From Phycisphaerales bacterium (GTDB lineage: Bacteria > Planctomycetota > Phycisphaerae > WQYP01): DNA of 64,000 bases. The notes below the pieces were generated by a model. It was given only the letters and a program-made list of their open reading frames with translations. It ran no database searches and had not been told where the DNA came from. The first letter of the stretch is position 1. Each line of letters starts with the position of its first letter. The translations under genes were made by a program, and so were the position numbers. Of the stretch, positions 58,445 through 64,000 are shown in pieces. The stretch lies in NCBI GenBank assembly GCA_027451365.1, contig DAIDJN010000059.1, positions 1 through 64,000 on the forward strand, given 5' to 3'.

Positions 58445-60832
58445 TTAATGCGCTGCTATGGATTCGTATAACGGCTGAATTGAATCAATGGTTGTTTGAA
58501 TGGTGAAATGTTCCAGATATCGCCGGCGGCCTGCTGTTCCCATCGCGGCGGCCTGCCCAGGGTTGGCCAGAATCATCAAAATAGCGGCGGCCATGGCATC
58601 GGCATCTCCCATTGGCACCAGCAATCCGGTTTCATATTCCGCCACAATTTCCACAACTCCGCCGCCACGCGTGGCCACAACGGGCTTGCCGGCGGCCATG
58701 GCTTGAACCACGACTTGGCCAAAAGGTTCCGGCGTGGTGGAGGCATGAACCAGAAGGTCTGCGGCATCAATCAATTCAGGTACGTCGTTACGGAAACCCA
58801 GGAATGAGACAACTTCCCGCAAGCCCAGGCTGTCAACCAATCCGCGAATGTGGGCGGCGTAGGCATCTTCATCAAAAAGTGCTGAACCGATAATTTCAAA
58901 TCGGGCCTCGGGTCTGGCTTGATGCACTAAGGAGGCCGCGCGAATAAATACTTCCTGCCCTTTCCATGGACTTATGCGGCCTACCATCACGACTTTTCCG
59001 CCGGTTCCTGCTGGCTGTTCCGCAACTGCCGGGACTGGAGCCGGTGACCACGGGGCTAACTGGGGATCGGGCAGTCCGGAATAAACGACGGCGGACGGTT
59101 TTGATTTCGGCAGGTTCAATGTTGCCAGTGTGGAGTGGGAATTGGCAATCACAAAATGTGGAGCACGCTTCGCCAGCTTGCTGAACGCTCCGGCGGCCTT
59201 TTTCGGAAGATAGCCCGCTTCGATTCTGTCACGTATATGCCATACCAATTTATGACCGGCCAGACGGGCCGCGGCACCACCTAAAATATCAGATTTCAGC
59301 GAGTTGGTGTGCACGATGTCGGGCTGAATTTCGCGAATAGTCCGCGTTAAAAACCGCACAAATCGGGCCAACTCCACAATTTTCCGCAACTCAAGAGAGA
59401 ATTTGCCTAATTCGTACCGGTTGAGCTTATTGATGGCCGGAATTAAGGTCACGATTCGGACTTTCAAACCTGCTTTGCGCAGTTCATCGGCCAGCGGACC
59501 GTCGCTGAATAATATGATCGTTATCTGATACAGGTTTTGATCCAGCCGGCGGGCAAGATTCAACAGGGCGTATTCGCCACCGCCTAATGCCGCAGTATGA
59601 TTTAAAAACAATAGATGCAACCGCCCGGTTCCCCGCCGTATGCCGGGGCCGTTTCTGTCGTCCCTCATGCGTTGATAAACTTTTTTTATTTCACTCACGG
59701 TGGTGTCTATGGTGAAATGTTTCAGATATCGCTGGCGGCCTGCTGTTCCCATCGCGGCGGCCTGCCCTGGGTTGGCCAGAATTGTCAAAATAGCGGCGGC
59801 CATGGCATCGGCATCTCCCATTGGCACCAGCAATCCGGTTTCATATTCCGCCACAATTTCCACAACTCCGCCGCCACGCGTGGCCACAACGGGCTTGCCT
59901 GCGGCCATCGCCTGCACCACAACCTGCCCGAAGGGTTCGGGACTGGTGGAGGCATGAACCAGCAGATCCGCCTTGGAGATTAAATCAGGCACATCTTTGC
60001 GAAATCCAAGAAAAGAGATGACCTTTTCCAGGCCAAGCTTTTGAACAAGCTGTCTGATTTCCGTTTCATACGCTTCTTCGCCAAAGAGAACTGAACCGAC
60101 GATATTAAAATGTACATCAGGTCGGGTCCGGTTCACGATGGCCGCGGCCCGAATAAATACGTCCTGCCCTTTCCATGGACTTATGCGCCCTACCAAAATA
60201 ACTGTGGCTCCGGAAACGGTCCGGGGCTGCCGGGCCGAAGGCTGTTCAGGGAAAGGCAAGCGACCCGCCATGGGATCGGGAATACCAGGATACGCAATAA
60301 TTTTGGGCTTAGACGTGGGCAGATACAGTGTCTCAAGCGTGGATTGCGAATTGGCTATAACAGCCTTGGGCACGTGACGGCTTAATCTGCGAAGCAGCCA
60401 GACCATGCGGCCGGGAAGGTAATCCGAGGCAATTCGATCGTGGATATGCCAGATGACGGGTATGCCCGCAAGGCGTGCCGCCAGACCACCAAGCAGATCG
60501 GCCTTTAGTGAATTGGTGTGGACAATATCGGGGCGATGGTGGCGAATAGCGCCGCGTAAACGCCAGATAAAAGCCGCGATTTGAAGAACCCTACCGGGGC
60601 TAAAAGCGCTGGCTTTTCCGGCGGCAATGCGGGTGGCCTTGTTGATGGCGGCATTCAGTTCAAGCACGTGAACAGGAATGTGCTCCTTCCGAAGCGCCTC
60701 GGCTAATGGCCCATCAGCAAAAAGCAGCACATGCGGGTCGAACTTTGTGCGATCAAGATGTTGCAGTAGATTAAGCAGGGCAAGTTCGCCGCCGCTTAAC
60801 TGAGCTGTGTGATTTATATAAAGAAGTTTCAT
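58445..60832 (-). CDS. Tandem double GT4-family glycosyltransferase
   Basis: Two complete GT-B units, each with NHTA.L.GGE.ALLNL, HTNSLK, VGRISPWKGQ and EPFGQVVVQAMAAGKPVV. Confidence 0.93.
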   Translation of the reverse strand: MKLLYINHTAQLSGGELALLNLLQHLDRTKFDPHVLLFADGPLAEALRKEHIPVHVLELNAAINKATRIAAGKASAFSPGRVLQIAAFIWRLRGAIRHHRPDIVHTNSLKADLLGGLAARLAGIPVIWHIHDRIASDYLPGRMVWLLRRLSRHVPKAVIANSQSTLETLYLPTSKPKIIAYPGIPDPMAGRLPFPEQPSARQPRTVSGATVILVGRISPWKGQDVFIRAAAIVNRTRPDVHFNIVGSVLFGEEAYETEIRQLVQKLGLEKVISFLGFRKDVPDLISKADLLVHASTSPEPFGQVVVQAMAAGKPVVATRGGGVVEIVAEYETGLLVPMGDADAMAAAILTILANPGQAAAMGTAGRQRYLKHFTIDTTVSEIKKVYQRMRDDRNGPGIRRGTGRLHLLFLNHTAALGGGEYALLNLARRLDQNLYQITIILFSDGPLADELRKAGLKVRIVTLIPAINKLNRYELGKFSLELRKIVELARFVRFLTRTIREIQPDIVHTNSLKSDILGGAAARLAGHKLVWHIRDRIEAGYLPKKAAGAFSKLAKRAPHFVIANSHSTLATLNLPKSKPSAVVYSGLPDPQLAPWSPAPVPAVAEQPAGTGGKVVMVGRISPWKGQEVFIRAASLVHQARPEARFEIIGSALFDEDAYAAHIRGLVDSLGLREVVSFLGFRNDVPELIDAADLLVHASTTPEPFGQVVVQAMAAGKPVVATRGGGVVEIVAEYETGLLVPMGDADAMAAAILMILANPGQAAAMGTAGRRRYLEHFTIQTTIDSIQPLYESIAAH
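58500..59908. repeat. 200-bp intragenic direct repeat (58500-58699 and 59709-59908)
   Basis: Six mismatches in 200 bp by eye, a 115-bp identical core, and an offset of 1209 bp (403 codons). Confidence 0.9.
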
Positions 60833-61047
60833 TGCAAAAGCCGGATAGTTAGCGCGGTGGAATACCAAAAATCGCCGCGGCCGAGCCCATGGCAACTGAT
60901 GTCAGTTGTGCATTCAACCGTTGAACAGTCCCGAAATGCCGAGTCATTTGGCATAGCAGGATTTCGTATATCGGCTCAACCGGCTGAAACACAAGGAATA
61001 CAATAATTATGATTGCAGCGCAATTTGCTTTCCATATTGATCAGCCA

Positions 61048-62223
61048 TCAGTGGTTTTTGTCGCCCCGGTTTACGGCGGCGTAAATGTCAGCCATCTGGT
61101 TGGCGATTTGCTGCCAGGAACACCAGGATTCCACGCGTTGTCGGCCAAGGCGGCCCATATCCGCGGCCAAGTCCGGGTTTTCGGCCAGTTTGGTTATGGC
61201 TGCGGCAAGCGATTGTGGATCGGCTTCCCGTGCGACCAGGCCGGCGTTGCCGATGACTTCGGGAATGGCACCAGAATCGGAGCCAATGACGGGTATTCCA
61301 CAGGCGTGGGCTTCAATAATGACGCGGCCGAATTGTTCTTTCCAGGTACGTGTGGTGCGCGATGGCAGGGCAAACACGTTCAGGCTGCGCATCCAGTCCG
61401 GAAGCCGCGCCAACGGTACGCCGGGCGAAATGCGGACACGGTCGGCGAGTTTTGCTTTTACGATGCGCCGCTGAAGTTCCGATTTAAATGGTCCATCACC
61501 AATAAGGGTAAGCTGAACGTTGGCAGGACATAATGCGATGGCATCCACAAGATCGCCAAGGCCTTTTTCTTCCACCAGACGGCCGGCATAGCCGACCAGA
61601 AAAGAACGACCGGCTTCGCTTGACCGGTGGGGGGAAGTGGCATTTGCTTTTCCGTCTGAATTTATTGATGGGGTGAACATATCGGCATCTACGCCATTGG
61701 GCACGGTGCAGGCGGGGCCGCCGTAGCCGTGGCGGCGCATGACTTCAATGGCTTCGCTGCTTCGGCCAATCAGGAAATCGGCGTTAGCAATGGTAAAACG
61801 GCGGAAGGAATCAAATGGAAACGGAAGCTTGCGGAAAATGTTCTGTTCTGTTTCTGAAATAATTTTAGCGTCGGGCAGGTATTTGTTCCGCAAATAACAG
61901 GTTTGGGCACTGACCATGCTCCAGGGTTCTTCCCACAGGTCAATGACATCCGGTTTGAAATCCAACAGTATTTGCCGGAGGTTCGGGTAATAATGCAGAA
62001 AAAACAGGGCCGGTCCCATGGACGGCCAGCGCACTTTACCGATTTCATAATCAGCTTTGGCATCGGGAAGAAATGCCACGGGCCGCCATTTGCCGTAGTG
62101 TTTCCAACGGTCCGGAATAAGAATTTTCAGAGTTAAATCGCCACGGGCATGAAGCAGTTCAGACTTCGGCTGGCCTTCGGCGGGAGACTGACAGGTATGA
62201 GATATAAGTAAAATTCGAAGCAT
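61048..62223 (-). CDS. GT4-family glycosyltransferase
   Basis: EEP, PNGVD, GRLVEEKG and W.EQFGRV..EA.ACG.PVIGS.SG motifs. Confidence 0.93.
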   Translation of the reverse strand: MLRILLISHTCQSPAEGQPKSELLHARGDLTLKILIPDRWKHYGKWRPVAFLPDAKADYEIGKVRWPSMGPALFFLHYYPNLRQILLDFKPDVIDLWEEPWSMVSAQTCYLRNKYLPDAKIISETEQNIFRKLPFPFDSFRRFTIANADFLIGRSSEAIEVMRRHGYGGPACTVPNGVDADMFTPSINSDGKANATSPHRSSEAGRSFLVGYAGRLVEEKGLGDLVDAIALCPANVQLTLIGDGPFKSELQRRIVKAKLADRVRISPGVPLARLPDWMRSLNVFALPSRTTRTWKEQFGRVIIEAHACGIPVIGSDSGAIPEVIGNAGLVAREADPQSLAAAITKLAENPDLAADMGRLGRQRVESWCSWQQIANQMADIYAAVNRGDKNH

Positions 62224-62253
62224 CGGGTCCTTTGGAATGCGGTTGCGCCGAAT

Positions 62254-63693
62254 TTATTTGCGGCTGGACAACAACGGAACGATCTGATCTACACGGGCCT
62301 GCCAGGTGTGGCTGGCCGCGGTGGCCTGGCGATGGGCGGCTTTGCTGGTGCCTTCGGCCAGGGCGGCCTGCAACTGCGCCAGGAATTCTTCAGGGGTTCG
62401 GGCAATGCGTACCAGATCGGGAAAGTCGCGAAAGCCGGCCACATCGGTGGAAACAATCGGCTTGCCTGCCGCCAGATATTCCCACAGTTTGATGGGATTA
62501 AGACTTTCCACAAATTCGGTCATGCAGTGCGGTGTCATGCAGACATCAAACGCGCGCATAAATTGCGGCAGATCATGATAAGGACGCGGTCCGGGCAGCG
62601 CCACCCGGCCGGTGGCCAGAAGCCGTTGCGAATCGGCGGTGCTTAACATATTTGGACCCAGCAGCACCAGTGTGCCGGGCAAATTTCGGGCGATAAGCAG
62701 GCGGGCAATGGCCGCAACCATGTCAACATCCACGCGGTCGGCATGAATGGAACCGGTGTAGCCATACACCGGCCGTGGCCAGGCGGCCGGGTCGGCATCC
62801 GGCGGCAGGGGACCGGTGCCTTTGAGCACGGCGGCGTAATGGGCGGCATCCACACCATTGGGAATTAAATGAAGGCGGCGGGCAAGTTCTTTTTTTGAAT
62901 CGTATAATGCCTGGGAACATACAATCACATCATCGGCCAATTGGCACAGGCGGGCGTCCTGCGCAATGGTTAACCGCCGCAGGGCGGGGCGGTCGGTAAA
63001 ATGACTGAATTTGGTCCAGTCATCTGTAATGTCATAAATAACTTTAGATTCCCCCATGCGGCCAACAAGATGCACCGCGTCGTGGGCGTTGATCCAGAGC
63101 AACGCCGAGTCGCTGCCTTCCAATGCGACAGCCGTCTGCGGCGGCTTTAATGCGTCGCCCGGCTGCGCCCCGCTAACTGAGGCAACAGGCGCATCACCTT
63201 TATTTACTGCTTCCGGCAAAGCGGTTTCATTCATGCGCAGCCGCCTGATAGATGCGGTGGCACGGCGAATTTGAAGGCGAATCAGCCATTCGTTAAAAAC
63301 ACGGGCGACCGAGAGTGAATTGGGCAGAAATTTAAGCGGGCGGAAAATGGTGATGTTGGGCAGGCCATCCGGGTGCCACGGTTTGCCGCCACGCAGGCTG
63401 GCAAAATTGCGGGTGCGGATGGCGTTGGAAACGTCGCGTGGGGGCGCAACGAAAAGAATGTGCATGTCAGGAAAGCGGCGGGCGAGTTCGGCGCAGATAA
63501 ACTGATTCCTTCGCCAGATGTCATCCCAATTTTCGAGCGAAAGAAAAAGCAAAAAAACTCCGCCTGTTGTTTTTAACGAAAGGAATTTCAGCGTCCGGTC
63601 CATGAAGGCCGACAGTGCGGCGGAACGGCCGCTTCGTTTCAGCGGCGGGGGCGAGCGGTTCGTTTTCGCCATGCCCGCGACCGCCTTAAGCAA
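62254..63693 (-). CDS. GT-B glycosyltransferase (GT4-like)
   Basis: WD..WRRNQ, YDITDDW, PNGVD, GYTG and NPIKLWEYLAAGKPIV motifs; start uncertain. Confidence 0.88.
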   Translation of the reverse strand: MLKAVAGMAKTNRSPPPLKRSGRSAALSAFMDRTLKFLSLKTTGGVFLLFLSLENWDDIWRRNQFICAELARRFPDMHILFVAPPRDVSNAIRTRNFASLRGGKPWHPDGLPNITIFRPLKFLPNSLSVARVFNEWLIRLQIRRATASIRRLRMNETALPEAVNKGDAPVASVSGAQPGDALKPPQTAVALEGSDSALLWINAHDAVHLVGRMGESKVIYDITDDWTKFSHFTDRPALRRLTIAQDARLCQLADDVIVCSQALYDSKKELARRLHLIPNGVDAAHYAAVLKGTGPLPPDADPAAWPRPVYGYTGSIHADRVDVDMVAAIARLLIARNLPGTLVLLGPNMLSTADSQRLLATGRVALPGPRPYHDLPQFMRAFDVCMTPHCMTEFVESLNPIKLWEYLAAGKPIVSTDVAGFRDFPDLVRIARTPEEFLAQLQAALAEGTSKAAHRQATAASHTWQARVDQIVPLLSSRK

Positions 63694-63736
63694 ACCGCTT
63701 CATTTGAATCCGGTGGGGGGGTGATTCTTATATTCT

Positions 63737-64000
63737 TTATTTATTGACGGGGGTGTTCCCATGAGTTTTGCACAGCAACGATCGCGATTGCTGAAGCGCG
63801 ATATATTTGTACAGGCTGATTTTTCCGGCGGCCTGTTGGCGGCGTGCGGATTTTGCCACGCGAATCAGTGTCCAGAATAAAATGCGGGCAATGGCCCCGC
63901 AAATGTTGGCAATCCGGAAACTGAAAAGACCCGCCCAGCCGTGGTGCTTGCGAATAAAGTAATTGTGGCTTTCCAGTGCCATGCGGCTTATTTTGGGTTT
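63737..64000 (-). CDS. 3' end of a probable GT2-family glycosyltransferase, starting outside the window
   Basis: The frame is open from the window edge; S..YF.RKHHG is typical of GT2 C-termini; glycosyltransferase context. Confidence 0.55.
   Translation of the reverse strand, partial: KPKISRMALESHNYFIRKHHGWAGLFSFRIANICGAIARILFWTLIRVAKSARRQQAAGKISLYKYIALQQSRSLLCKTHGNTPVNK

Noticed and set aside
1..64000. CRISPR array, rRNA, defence systems, and long antisense ORFs (e.g. 13248-13976, 35818-36501)
   Set aside because: No regularly spaced repeats, rRNA signatures or defence-gene motifs were seen, and the antisense ORFs shadow well-supported genes.

Overview
The window is about 55% GC and gene-dense, and looks like core chromosome of a planctomycete, probably Phycisphaerae. 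That assignment is inferred from the prepilin/H-X9-DG protein, PEP-CTERM tail, hpnCD, long ACP and fused AroD-AroE. The centrepiece is a ~14.7 kb minus-strand respiratory operon (28843-43520): alternative complex III (actABCDEF), an ActG-like membrane cytochrome c, Sco and a four-subunit A2-type heme-copper oxidase. Its subunit II carries two cytochrome c domains, and a third closely related copy is fused to the ActG-like protein. The operon has a clean sigma70 promoter with a near-perfect Rex/CRP-type palindrome over the predicted transcription start. The rest is mostly housekeeping: tRNA-Gly, tandem FKBP, M29 aminopeptidase, hpnCD, ispH, csrA, L,D-transpeptidase, aroDE, nfo, rpsB, DinG, trmB, xerC, folC, ACP/FabZ and pheA. 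There are also membrane and soluble glycosyltransferases, a phosphoesterase-MFS pair, an atypical kinase fusion and an ISKra4-like element cut by the left edge. No CRISPR array, rRNA or prophage was seen. All calls come from reading motifs by eye; no database search or folding program was run.
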